Assembly: GCA_964016885.1 (NCBI GenBank)
Contig: OZ024748.1
Coordinates: 53,506,001-53,570,000, forward strand
DNA: 64,000 nucleotides
Direction of reading: 5' to 3'
Origin: Eledone cirrhosa
Taxonomy: Eukaryota
Below, one piece after another: positions 51,235 to 64,000 of the stretch. Below the pieces are notes generated by a model. That model saw only the letters and a program-made list of their open reading frames with translations, was not told the DNA's origin and searched no databases. Each line of letters begins with the position of its first letter. The stretch's first letter is position 1. A program made the position numbers and the translations under genes.

Positions 51235-51620
51235 TCATGTCACCATCACTGTCACTTTATAGTGTACTGGGTACGTTTTATTGATGGCACCATCACTATC
51301 ACTTTATAGTGTACTGGGTACATTTTTTTGATGGCACCATCACTACCACTTATATAGTGTACTGGGTATATATTTTCATGGCACCATCACTACCACTTAT
51401 AGAGTGTACTGGGTATATATTTTCATGGCACCATCACTACCACTTATATAGTGTACTGGGTATATATTTTCATGGCACCATCACTACCACTTATATAGTG
51501 TACTGGGTATATATTTTCATGGCACCATCACTACCACTTATATAGTGTACTGGGTATATATTTTGATGGCACCATCACTATCACTTTCCGGAGTGTACTA
51601 GGTGCATGTTATTGTGGCAC
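51235..51620. repeat. ~46-bp tandem array of the RTE-tail unit, ~8 copies
   Basis: TATAGTGTACTGGGTATATATTTTCATGGCACCATCACTACCACT recurs, following GGGTGCCCTTCCTAATG. Confidence 0.82.
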
Positions 51621-51989
51621 CAGTACTAAAGATTGCCATATGCTCAGCCAAACTGTGGAGTTGTCTCTAACCTATATTGTTTCATTCAATCGTCATCCAC
51701 TTTACAGGGTGTCATATGCTTGACCAAATGGAAGAGTCCACTCTACCCAATGTTTTTAATTGCCAATCACTCTAGTGTACTGGATGTATTTTATCATGGC
51801 ACCAACATTAGAGAAAGATTGTCATATACTTGGCCAAACTGTTGTGTCTGTTCTACCCTATATTGTCTTCAATTGCCAATCACTTTACAGAGTGTACTGG
51901 GTGCATTTTATCTGTTCTATTTTTATTAAGTAATTTATAAAGTATACATGGCTTAGCCATTACATGTATACACTATGTTGTTGCTTGAG

Positions 51990-52180
51990 AAATGGAGCAT
52001 GCTCTGATGGATATGCAATGTTTATATGCATGGGTGAGCAGAAAGGAAAGCTGTGTATTAGGGGAATCATATCATCGTGTGTTGGAGAGAAGACTGCACT
52101 GGTATGGACATGTAATACGAATGGATGTTAACCATTGGATGATGAAGTGCCAAGAAACCCCAGTGGAAGGAACCTGTAGT
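51990..52180 (+). pseudogene. Old RTE ORF C-terminal fragment
   Basis: Translates LERRLHWYGHVIRMDVNHWMMKC...VEG. Confidence 0.75.
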
Positions 52181-52281
52181 TTTACCTTGAACTGATCAAT
52201 ACTGAAACACATGTCATGTGTGAATAACTATAATAATGTTATACTTCATTCCTGCATCTTATTACATATATATGTATATAA

Positions 52282-52350
<69 letters not shown>

Positions 52351-52664
52351 GTGTGTATATACATGTGTGTGTATATATATATATATAATGTGTGTGTGTG
52401 TATATATATGTGTGTGTGTGTGTATATATAGATATGTGTGTGTATATATATATATGTGTGTGTGTGTATATATATATATATGTGTGTGTATATATATATA
52501 TATACACATACATATATATATATATGTATATATATATGTATACACACACATATATATATATCATCATCATACATACACATACATAGCTATACACTCATAC
52601 ATAAACCATTACAAATACACACCTGTACATCCAGACAACATTTTTTGAAGTAAAGGAGAGTAAT

Positions 52665-52935
52665 GAAGAGGGAGTCTTAGAGAGAGTGAAGGGAAGAGTG
52701 AGAGGGAGTATTAGAGAGGGAAGAGTGAGAGGGAGTATTTGAGAGAGTGATGGGAAGAGTGAGAGGGAGTATTAGAGAGAGTGATGGGAAGAGTGAGAGG
52801 GAGTCTTAGAGAGAGTGAAGGGAAGAGTGAGAGGGAGTCTTAGAGAGAGTGAAGGGAAGAGAGAGGGAAGAGTGAGAGGGAGAGTTACAGAGAATGAAGG
52901 GAACAGTAAGAGGGAGTGAAGGGGACAGTAAGAGA
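52665..52935. repeat. GA-rich ~34-bp minisatellite
   Basis: GGGAAGAGTGAGAGGGAGT recurs. Confidence 0.85.
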
Positions 52936-53099
52936 GAGATGTTGGTAATGCTAGTATGATTAATTACATGTTCACAGTCTCTGTTTACAACTGTGTGTTT
53001 GGATACTTTTTATACCAAAAATATACAAACTTTTACTGTTTTCTTGACACACACGTATGTACGATGTGTGTGTGTTTGTGTTAAATTATTAGAGTTCTT

Positions 53100-53140
<41 letters not shown>

Positions 53141-53296
53141 ACACACACACACATGTGTGTCTGATGGTAGCTATGATGCTTCCATAGGCGGTATGCGGAT
53201 TGAGCACTGTATGTTCTTACAGAGCAGAGTGTGATATATAAATTGAGTTCAGATGCATCACTGATTTTTCGTTTTATATATATATATATATATATA

Positions 53297-53701
53297 TCAT
53301 CATCATCATCATCATTTTATGTCCGCTTTTCCCTGCCTGCAAGGGTGGGACGGGAACTGATTCTGGCTTGATTTCTACAGCTGGATGCCCTTCCTAACAC
53401 CAACCTCATTTACAGTGAGTGCTGGGTACTTTTTTTTGCTGTGGCACCTCCACGACCACTTTGCAGTGGAATGATAGGGACCCCAGTCCCTATCATCTCA
53501 TTTCTACAGCTGAGTAAACTGGAACAATGGGAAATAATATATATATATATATATATATATTGGTGTTAGGAAGGGCATCCAGCCGTAGAAAACCCGCCAG
53601 ACAGTCCTATGCGAGCAAGACAACCACTCTTGCCTCAAGTGGGAAAACCCCCGTCCAAACCCATGCAAGCGTGGAACATGGACGTTAAACGATGATGATG
53701 A

Positions 53702-53741
<40 letters not shown>

Positions 53742-53925
53742 GTTTCTAATTTTGGCACAAGGCCAGTAATTATCCCAGTACATTACTGGTACTTTATTTT
53801 ATCGACCCCGTAAGTATGAAAGGCAAAGTTAACCTCGACGGGATTTGAACTCAGAACGTAAAGGGACATAACTATGCTGCAAAGCATGGAGTCCGACCTT
53901 TTACCGATACTGCTAATTCACCACG
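53297..53925. mobile_element. Cluster: CORE-SINE 3' part (53297-53530, -), RTE tail (53561-53702, +), Nin-like SINE (53738-53925, -)
   Basis: Each piece matches other copies in the window. The pieces are separated by (TA)n. Confidence 0.8.
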
Positions 53926-53985
<60 letters not shown>

Positions 53986-54040
53986 TACTGTGTGTGTGTG
54001 TATATATAATGTGGTGTTAACCTATTGCTGACACCGTGAT

Positions 54041-54087
<47 letters not shown>

Positions 54088-54258
54088 GATAAATCTACCA
54101 AAATATACGGAAGTGTCCAATCCGTATGAAGAACTCAATGTAATCCAAATATCATGAAAAGAGAAGATGTATTCAAAAATATCCTAGAAACGATCGTAAA
54201 ATGATGAATTTTTTAATATAAGGAACTGTTTCTTTGTTTTTATTCATTATTTTTATTA

Positions 54259-54299
<41 letters not shown>

Positions 54300-54738
54300 A
54301 CCAGGGAGTGTAATGTGAAGTTACTGTAGGTTCACCCAGGTGAACACTCGATGTTTAGGTTCAAGGCAGTAGCGAGGTGTAGAGCTAAAAAGAGTGTAAT
54401 ATAATAATACAAGGACAATTTGTTAAGCCATTATTACATTTATTGATTGATTCCAGAGTCGGGCCAGATCAATACAGATCGAACCTTGAGCTGATCAATA
54501 GCGAAACACATGCCACCAATCAATAAACGTAGTGAAGGCATAACAAATCGTCCTTGAGGTTAAATTTGCCTTTCATCCTTACGGGGGTCGATAAAATAAA
54601 GTACCAGTAATGCACTGGGATAATTGCTGGCCTTCTGCCAAAAGTAGAAACAATTACTATATATCATCATCATCATAATCACCGTTTTACGTCCGTTCTT
54701 CCACGCTAGCATGGGTTAGACGATATATATATATATAT

Positions 54739-55003
54739 ATATTGTTATACTTGGGGAGGGTCATATTTGCGTAATATTGCCAGAATTAATAACAGAACAC
54801 ACTCACTGTTTGGTTGGTTTTCGCTTCTCGCTGTCTTTTATATCTGCGATCTAACTTACTCGGTCCTCAATGTTGCCATTGACTGACCGACGGTCAAAAA
54901 TAATACAGATACAATATAGACACAAACACATATATATGAGTGTGTTCTGTTATTAATTCTGGCAATATTACGCAAATATGACCCTCCCCAAGTATAACAA
55001 TAT
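54739..55003. repeat. Perfect 67-bp inverted repeat with 131-bp spacer
   Basis: Arms 54739-54805 and 54937-55003. The arm resembles 17009-17060. Confidence 0.9.
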
Positions 55004-55258
55004 CTGTTTCGACACACGATTTCATATAAAAAACCTCGCTAAACTATATATATATATATATATATATATACCAGGTTCAATTGGGGGTAACCACAATAAG
55101 TAAGGTACTCAATACATAGCAGAGTATAAATATTTAATATAGCAATGGCTTCTACATGACTAGAACTGTTTCATTTGAAGGAAATCATATATATGTGTGT
55201 GTTATTATCTTTTTATTTTCACTGCCATATAAATATACGTATATAAATGTATATATAA

Positions 55259-55290
<32 letters not shown>

Positions 55291-55739
55291 TAGCATTATC
55301 ATCATCATGAATTTGCGTGATAACATAAGTTAGGTGTGTTGCCACGTTCAGAGGCTAGACATGTCAGGTGATGCTATCTTGTTCATCTCTTCCATTGTGG
55401 CATGGCTTCTATGGCTGGATGCCATTACTAACACCAACCACTTCATACTGTGTATCATGTATTAGGTGCATTTAATCATGGCACCACAATCAACACTTGA
55501 CAGGGTGGACTTGGTGCATTTTATTGTGGTTTCACCACTACATCTGTATTATGTACATACATACAGAGCTTTATAAACTCAGCCAGACATATTTATCTCT
55601 ATATATATCCATATATATATATATTTACACACACATATATACATACTTATACATATATATGAATATATGTATAAATATATATACACATGCATACATATAA
55701 ATATATATATACACATGCACGCATATATTTAGATATATG

Positions 55740-55790
<51 letters not shown>

Positions 55791-55935
55791 GCATATATAA
55801 ATATATAGATATATGTATAAATATATATATATACACATGAATATATAGATATATGTATAAATATATATGTACACATGCATACATATATATAAATATATAT
55901 ATATATAGAGAGATATATATATATACACATGCATG

Positions 55936-55975
<40 letters not shown>

Positions 55976-56915
55976 TATACACACACACACACACACACAT
56001 GTATAGATATATACACACACATACATGCAGACGCACACATACAATGTATGTATACCACACACACACACCTTCACACATGCACATATGCACACATACACAT
56101 ATGCAAGTACATGTATATGTCCAACCATACTCAGCAAACTATTTTGTTACAGTACATTGGATAAAGTTTTACTACATAATCTATGTTGTTTGTTTTTTAT
56201 GTATTTATTGGTGAGATTTTGTTTGTTTGACCTGAGGGGGGTCAAATAAATGGAGACAGAAGATATAGTGGTTAGTTCTTGACACTCTTCAGGAAACCTG
56301 TGAAAAATTAGATTTTACTCAAGGTGTCGTAATGTGATTCTTGTCTTAAACAGTAATGAGATTCTCCAAGGAATGAATTAACAGATTTTTATTTGCATAT
56401 ATATGTCTAAGTAAGTGTATGTATGTGCGTATATATATATATATATATATATGTCTAAGTAAGTGTATGTATGTGTGTGTGTATATATATATATGTATGT
56501 CTGTGTAAGTGTATGTATGTATATATATGTCTCTGTGTGTGTGTATATATATATATATGTCTGTGTAAGTGTATGTATGTGTCCATATATATATATATAT
56601 ATCTCTGTGAGTCTGTGTGTAAGTGTATGTATGTATGTGTTCATATATATATATGTCTCTGTGAGTCTTTACATATGTCTGTGTGTGTGTGTATGTATAT
56701 ATATATATATATAAGTGTATGTATGTGTGCATATATATATGTCCGTGTGAGTGTATATATGTGTGTGTGTGTGTATATATATAAAATGTGTGTATGTGTA
56801 TATATGCACACATAAGTACATACCAATATATATATATGCATACACACACACATGTACATACATTTTTACGTATGTATGTGTTTGTACATATATATATATA
56901 TATATATAGGGTCAT

Positions 56916-57323
56916 GGAGGCACATGGCTTAGTGGTTAGAGCCTTGCAATCGAAAGGTTGTGAGTTCAATTCTCAGACCGGGTGATGTGTTGTTTCCTTG
57001 AGCAAGACACTTTATTTCACATTGCTCCAGTTTACTCAGCTGTAGAAATGAGATGATAGGGATTGGGGTCCCTATCATTCCACTGCAAAGTGGTTGTGGA
57101 GCTGCCAGGCGAAAAAACCACCCAGCACTCACTGTAAAGTGGTCGTGGAGGTGCCACGGCAAAAAAAGCACCCAGCACTCACTGTAAATGAGGTTGGTGT
57201 TAGGAAGGGCATCCAGCTGTAGAAATCAAGCCAGAATCAGTTCCTGTCCCACCCTTGTAAGCAGGGAGAAGCGGACGTAAAGGAGAAGCGGACGTAAAAT
57301 GATGATGATAATGATGATGATGA
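56916..57323 (+). mobile_element. tRNA-CORE-SINE with a duplicated tail unit
   Basis: Full head and CORE domain, two copies of the ~46-bp unit, and a duplicated GGAGAAGCGGACGTAAA. Confidence 0.9.
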
Positions 57324-57390
57324 TGGGTCGTCAAAGTTGAAATTTGTAGAAAAAAAACAAATTCCTACAAATTTCATACTTGACGACCCA

Positions 57391-57503
<113 letters not shown>

Positions 57504-57729
57504 TACATGTTTGAGAGAAGATGCATGTATTTTACATACACATGTACACACACAATATACACACATGTACATACATGTGTGTGGTCCATAAATGTGTGAT
57601 ATTAAAATTGTATGTCGTCACCCCTCATTGTAACACAAACTAGTGAGAACCATTACATTAGTTAACTGTGAGGTGAGTTGGTCAGCACATAGATATTGAC
57701 TTCAGATATGGTGGGAGTATTTCATGTCT

Positions 57730-58152
57730 TTCATTGGTCATAGCATGTGATTGGTCATAGTATAAGATTGGTCATAGAATGTGATCGGTCATAGCATGTG
57801 GTTGGTCATAGAATGTGATCGGTCATAGCATGTTTAGTTATGATATAAGATTGGTCATATCATGTGATTGGTCATAGTATGAGATTGGTCATAGCATGTG
57901 TTTGGTCATAGCATGTTTGGTCATAGCATGTTTGTTCATAGCATGTTTGGTCATAGCATGTGTTTGGTCATAGCATGTGTTTGGTCATAGCATGTGTTTG
58001 GTCATAGTATGATTGGTCATATCATGTTTGGTCATAGCATGTGTTTGCTCATAGCATGTGTTTCGTCATAGTATATGATTGGTCATATCATGTTTGGTCA
58101 TAGTATGTGGGTGGTCATAGCATGCAGTTGGTCATATAACATGTGACTGGTC
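57730..58152. repeat. ~18-20-bp minisatellite (TTGGTCATAGCATGTG)
   Basis: Directly visible in the sequence. Confidence 0.9.
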
Positions 58153-58424
58153 AGTACATTTCCACTTTCCTTTCAAATTGCTGACCTTGTGCCTAAATCA
58201 GAAACCATTATTTGTAGTGAGATGAAGGGTTGACTGTCTAGTTGATTACATGGTACTCACTGCTTGCTCAAAAGTTGTTAATTGACTGCGAACAACTAAT
58301 TACACCAGGGTGTTTATTGATTTATTGTTCAATGTGTTGATTGGTTGATTGATAAACCAATTGTTTGGCTCGGGGTAGAGGAGTGTTCTCTAGTGTGTGG
58401 GGGAGCTGATGTGTGGACCACTTT

Positions 58425-58680
58425 TGTGGACAGAATGGAGACAATGTTACCCCAAAGGATGCGAGCGAGACACGGAATAACCATTCCAACCCAAGTAGAG
58501 ATGTGTCTGGGTCAATAACACTGGAAGTCTCCACTGCTACAGGTTTGATAAGAAGCCAGTTCACTGTAGGGGGCTCGCTGTTAAAGGTGGCCAACTTATC
58601 TCTTATAGTAGTAAGTAGGGATGTGGTCTATGGGCCAAGAACACCAAAAGTCTCCATTGCTCTAGGTCTGACCACAAACC
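58425..58680 (-). pseudogene. CRE-clade C-terminal fragments, two rearranged partial copies
   Basis: Translates AMETFGVLGP*TTSLLTTIRDKLATFNSEP, then PVAVETSSVIDP...LEWLFRVSLA/GNIVSILS. Confidence 0.68.
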
Positions 58681-59095
58681 TTTTAAAGTAACCAATACTT
58701 CGATAGTTTGCCTTCTTTGGCCTGACTATTTTTCTATAGTAAAAGAAATTCTATGAAGCTACTAATTTTCTTATAAATATGTATGTATGGTCCTGTAATT
58801 CCTGAGGGAGTTGTAGGGTGCCACATTGGCATATGGTATTTCTAGAGTATTTTAAACCTGGCACAATCCATCTATCTCCAGGTCTGATTACAACAGATCC
58901 CTTCCAGAGAAGGATAGAGATTGAGAGAATAGAAGTGAGAATGAGATATAAAGGAAAGATTGATCCCAGTAGTTGACCGGTACTCTTTTTAGTGACCTCG
59001 AACTGATAAAAGCAAAGGAAACCTTGGTCTCAAAAATATATTTATATTTTTAAATAATGTGCCCAGCCAAAATTAAACATTTACTGAGATAACAT

Positions 59096-59425
59096 GGAGG
59101 CACATGGCTTAGTGGTTAGAGCATTGACCTTGCAATTGAAAAGTTGTGAGTTCTCAGACCGGGTGATGTGTTGTTTCCTTGAGCAAGACACTTTATTTCA
59201 CATTGCTCCAGTTTACTCAGCTGTAGAAATAAGATGATAGGGACTGGGGTCCATATCATTCCACTGTAAAGTGGACGTGTAGGCGCCATGGCAAAAAAGC
59301 ACCCAGCACTCACTGTAAAATGAGGTTGGTGTTAGGAAGGGCATCCAGCTGTAGAAATCAAGCCAGAATCAGTTCCCATCCCACCCTTGCAGGCAGGGGA
59401 AAGCAGACGTAAAATGATGATGATA
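59096..59425 (+). mobile_element. tRNA-CORE-SINE, full length
   Basis: Same family as 41221 / 56916. Confidence 0.9.
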
Positions 59426-60615
59426 AATGAACCATCAACAGATTATCATAAAGTGCTGTTCTTCTTAACTTTCATGTAGAGTAACTATTTTACAGCCAGG
59501 TGGACTGAGCCAAGTAATGGAAGCTCTGTCTTTGATGAAATGTGAATGATATATTGGAGGTGGGGTGTTGGGGGTAGGTTGGGAGTGGATTCAATATATA
59601 GGAGGTGGGGTGTTGGGGGTAGGTTGAGGTTTCTGCTGGGAGTGGATCCAATATATAGGAGGTGGGTGTGGTGCATGGAGTGGGGGCTGGTTGAGGTTAG
59701 GGTCTTTCATTGATTTAATATACAGTTCTTATCCTTCTGCTGGGGGTTGGATCTAATAGGGTGGATTATGAGGATGGTGGATGGGGGGGGGGGTGCAGAA
59801 ACTCTAATCTAGTAACAGTATATTTGGGTGGAAGGTGGAGGGAGTGTTGGTATTATCAGGAAACAGAATTACCTGTAACATTTTGGTTGACAATAAGAAA
59901 AGCACACTGGACCGCCCCACACCAACATACAAAAAAAGGGGAAATACAGAGAGAGAGAGAGAGAGTGGAGCATAGAAACTGTGAGAGAGGGAAAGGGGGG
60001 AACTGAATGCAGGAGATAGGGAGGTGGAACGGAATAAGGGAGGGAAGAGAGAGGGATGAGAAAATGAGGAAGATGGAGGAGGAGGGTGGAACAGAATAGG
60101 GAAGGGAGAGGGCAATAGAATGAGAGAGAGTGAGAGAGAGGGCATGGAGAGAAGGGGAACATAATGAGAGGGGGAGGGATGGAGAGAGAGAGAGAGAGAG
60201 AGATAGCATAGGAGAGAGACCGGGAAAGGGTGCAGTATCAGTAATAGTGATGGTGATATTTGGTTTGCCTGAGAGGTATTTAGTGAGTGACTGGCAGTTA
60301 AACTGGTAGGAAATTGTTGATTACCGGAAATATTTTCAGTGATTTAGTGACGGTGATGGACTGACAGACAGACACTGGTAGATAGTGGTAGATAGATAGA
60401 TAGAATGGACAGAATAGATTTATAGATAGATAGGTAGATAGATAGAATAAACTGAGAGATAGATAGAAATAATATATATATATTTCTTTATTTGCCACAA
60501 GGGCGCACAAGAAAAGGGGACAATACAAAGACATATGCCGGGGATTTTACATACAGTCGATTGTTAGATAGATAGATAGAATAGAATGGACAGAATAGAT
60601 TTATAGATAGATATG

Positions 60616-61439
60616 TTTCTTTATTAGCCACAGGGGCACAAAAGAAGGGGACAAATACAAAGGGGGAAGTTTACATACAATAAAAACGTGTAAAATATTA
60701 TCACAAATCTAATTTAAAAGTTAATCGATTTTTCCCCAATAGGGGCAGACATTTCGTATGGGTAACACATACCCCCGAAAAAAATGTGCAACCCTCATCT
60801 CCAGGAGTACGAAGAGCTTGTACTCCTTTCCTCTCCTCCTCCTTTTCCTCAACCTACAGGCTGATATAGAGAGAAGGTCCATTCACTCGAGCCATTCTCG
60901 CCACTTTCACCCACCTTTCATAAAACTTGCTGGGGTACAGCACCTCTCTCTCCATCCTGATTCTTCTTCCAAAGTGGTATTTGAAAAAAAGAATCAGTTG
61001 TTGGCCGGAGAGAAAGGTGTCTGACCTCAGCCCTTTTAACCTCGTCCACCATACAACCTCTTTCGCCATAGCTATCACATAAAGGAAAACCGCCTCTCTT
61101 TCGTTTTTGAAGGAGGGTGGCGGTTTGATTATGACAATGGACTCGGTGGTCAACTGGATTGGTCCCACCCGCGACAACAGTCGTTCTACATAGCCGCACA
61201 GGTCGGTAATGACCGGGCAGTGTACAAATGCGTGTGTGACGGTTTCCTCGTTGCGCACGCATCCCTGCCAGGGCGCCCGTGTCTGTAGAGCTTGTCTCGA
61301 ACTGGTAGAGCTCCTCGGTAGCACTGCCAGGGACTTTTGGAAGTTGTCCATCGGTCCCGGGTGGAAGGTTCTACCGAACAGACTGGCCAGTTCGTCTTCC
61401 TCTACGCCTAGAGTCTCTCCGAGCGCGTCGTCGCACTTG
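60616..61439 (-). mobile_element. L1/Tx1-clade LINE 3' fragment (C-terminal zinc-knuckle region plus 3' UTR)
   Basis: Translates WQCYRGALPVRDKL (frameshifted), C..NEETVTHAFVHCP, AKEVVWWTR, FYERW. Stop at 60854 and AATAAA at the 3' end. A shorter 3' end lies at 60483-60555. Confidence 0.85.
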
Positions 61440-62515
61440 CTAGATAGGTTGATAGATAGAATAAACTGAGAGATGGATAGAAATAATATATAGATAGATA
61501 GATATATTACATAGATAGATGGATGGGTGGATAGATAGTTAGATAGATAGATTAGACATAGGTAAACACTCACATACACACACATATATATATTAAGGCA
61601 GGAGAAAGAAAGATGATTAGAAATACTAGGAGAGAGAGAGGGGGGGGAAGGGGAAATAGAAATATGGGATGGCAGAAAGTAAGAGTAAGGGAAGAGGAGG
61701 AATAGAAATACAGATAAACAGAGAGAGTGAGAGAGGGACATACATAGAGAGAGAGAGAGGGTGAAGGAAATAAGGGAGGAGACAAAGAGAAAAGAGAGAG
61801 AGGCTGTGAAATATAAGGTTACCAATCTAGAAAATGTTATTGCTTTGTTTTAAGTTAGGTGATTAGTAAGTAATTAGTGGTGAATTACTATTAGTAATAG
61901 AGTGGAGCAGGAAGAGAATGGCCGGAGAGGATGGGGGAGGGGAGCCATAAGGCCCCATAACACTGGTCATAATAAATGAGTTGAGTAGAAGGTAATAAAG
62001 ATACCATTAGTAATGACTGAATTTCACCTCTTACACTTCCTTATCCTCATCATCCTTCTCTTCCTTCTCATCCTCCTCCCTCTCCTCTTTCCCTCTTCCC
62101 TCTCCTCTTTCCCCTCTTCCCTCTCCTCTTTCCCCTCTTCCCCCTCCTCTCCTCCCCCCTCTTCCCCCCATCCTCCTCATTCCCTTCATCCCCTCCTTCC
62201 CCCCTCATCCTCCCCATTCCCTTCTTCCCCGCCTCCTCCTCATTCCCTTCCTCCTCATCCTTTTCCTTCTCCTCATCCGCCTCCTCTTCCTCATCTTTTT
62301 CTTTTCCTATTCCTTCTCCTTCACCATAACCAACCTCAGCCCTTCCCCCTCTCACTTAACACCTTGGTTCTGTGTGCAGTGCCATGAAGAGGCCCCATTT
62401 ACATCTGTTGATTAGCAACTGAGTGTCAAGTTGATTCATATTAAAGGGCCATACACACTGTCAATAATTTTATCTTAGGAGATTGTTTTGTTGTTGTTGC
62501 CATTATTGTCCTTAA

Positions 62516-63380
62516 CCCTTTACCATTTAAACCGGCCATATCCGGCCAGAATTCTCTCACCTCTTTCTGTTCAAACCAGCCATAACTGGCTGCTCATACT
62601 TATATTAAGGTATTTTTCTCAAAATAAATTATATCAAAGTCTCATAGATTCGATATTATGTGAGATATTATGTGAGGTAAAGCCTTTACTGTGAAAATAC
62701 AATAGTATATATAGAATAATGTAAATGTTATGTGAGATATTATGTGAGGTAAAGCCTTTACTGGGAAAGTATAATAGTATATATAGAGTAATGTAAATGT
62801 TATGTGAGATATTATGTGAGGTAAAGCCTTTACTGGGAAAGTATAATAGTATATATAGAGTAATGTAAATGTTATGTGAGATATTATGTGAGGTAAAGCC
62901 TTTACTGTGAAAGTACAATAGTATATATAGAGTAATGTAAATGTTATGTGAGATATTATGTGAGGTAAAGCCTTTACTGTGAAAGTACAATAGTATATAT
63001 AGAGTAATGTAAATGTTATGTGAGATATTATGTGAGGTAAAGCCTTTACTGTGAAAGTACAATAGTATATATAGAGTAATGTAAATGTTATGTGAGATAT
63101 TATGTGAGGTAAAGCCTTTACTGGGAAAGTATAATAGTATATATAGAGTAATGTAAATGTTATGTGAGATATTATGTGAGGTAAAGCCTTTACTGGGAAA
63201 GTATAATAGTATATATAGAGTAATGTAAATGTTATGTGAGATATTATGTGAGGTAAAGCCTTTACTGGGAAAGTATAATAGTATATATAGAGTAATGTAA
63301 ATGTTATGTGAGATATGTGAGGTAAAGCCTTTACTGTGAAAGTACAATAGTATATATAGAGTAATGTAAATGCTAAAGGG
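62516..63380. mobile_element. piggyBac MITE family A expanded by an internal 72-bp tandem array (~10 copies, 62656-63372)
   Basis: TTAA|CCCTTTACCATTTAAA ... TAAATGCTAAAGGG|TTAA. It is the reverse complement of 34407-34635 with the subterminal 72 bp amplified. Confidence 0.9.
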
Positions 63381-63479
63381 TTAAATCAGTCTTGATGGAG
63401 TTGGACAATTTTTAGATCAAAACCATACAAAATGGGTCTCATTAGGATTACTTCTCTCTATGTAAAAAAGGATGACTGT

Positions 63480-63910
63480 ATGACACCTGGGAGCAAAGTG
63501 TGATGCTGCATGGTAGTAAAACATGGGCAGTGACTACAGAAATATGTGTAACCTAGAGAGAAATGAAGTAACCATGCTTCGTTGGATGTGCAATGTAAAT
63601 GTGAGCTTGAATGAACTGAGGGAGAAACTGGGTTTAAGAGGAATTAGAAATGGTGTGAAAGATAGAAGACTGTGTTGGTATACATGGATGATGATTGCTG
63701 GGTGAAGTGCCCGAAAATCCCAGTGGAAGGAAGCTGCAGTAGAAGTAGACTATGGAAGACCTGGGCAGAGGTGGTGAGAGCTGATCACAAATTACTGAGA
63801 TTCACAGAGGAGATGACAAAGGAATGCGGCATGTGGAGCGATGTTATGTTGAAAAGGACCTGTCCAACCCATGCAACTGTGGATAAGTGGATGTAATAAT
63901 GATAATGATG
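63480..63910 (+). pseudogene. Old RTE LINE 3' fragment, short-UTR family
   Basis: Translates MLHGSKTWA, LERNEVTMLRWMCN, RRLCWY, KTWAEVVRAD...KRTCPTHA, with frameshifts. Confidence 0.85.
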
Positions 63911-64000
63911 ATATAATCTGGCCTTCCTATTTTAGATTATGTAGCATGATTTGGGGAAGATTTCACTATTCTTTCTAACCATTCAAGCAACTATATAGAG

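Noticed and set aside
60854-61825. 323-aa ORF as an intact gene
   Set aside because: The first ~130 aa are TC/TATC microsatellite. The rest is a frameshifted Tx1 fragment.

Overview
Eukaryotic, AT-rich, repeat-saturated intronic or intergenic DNA. The SINE and LINE repertoire suggests a cephalopod, probably an octopus, but this is inference only. No host protein-coding gene could be supported, and nearly all ORFs in the supplied track are translations of micro- or minisatellites. The one long real ORF is a young, 5'-truncated RTE-clade LINE (2093-5276, minus) with a C4HC3 PHD finger inserted in its reverse transcriptase. Also present: CR1, L1/Tx1 and CRE-clade retrotransposon remnants; a tRNA-CORE-RTE-tail SINE; a Nin/Deu-like-domain SINE; and piggyBac-, hAT- and mariner-type MITEs. 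Most notable observations: (1) at least four homogeneous minisatellite arrays are tandem amplifications of internal pieces of four unrelated transposon classes whose dispersed copies lie in the same window; (2) an apparently intact minimal type-I hammerhead ribozyme (16443-16495, minus), several decayed relatives, and a ~160-bp palindrome centred on a hammerhead-like stem II; (3) recurrent snap-back hairpins at element junctions.
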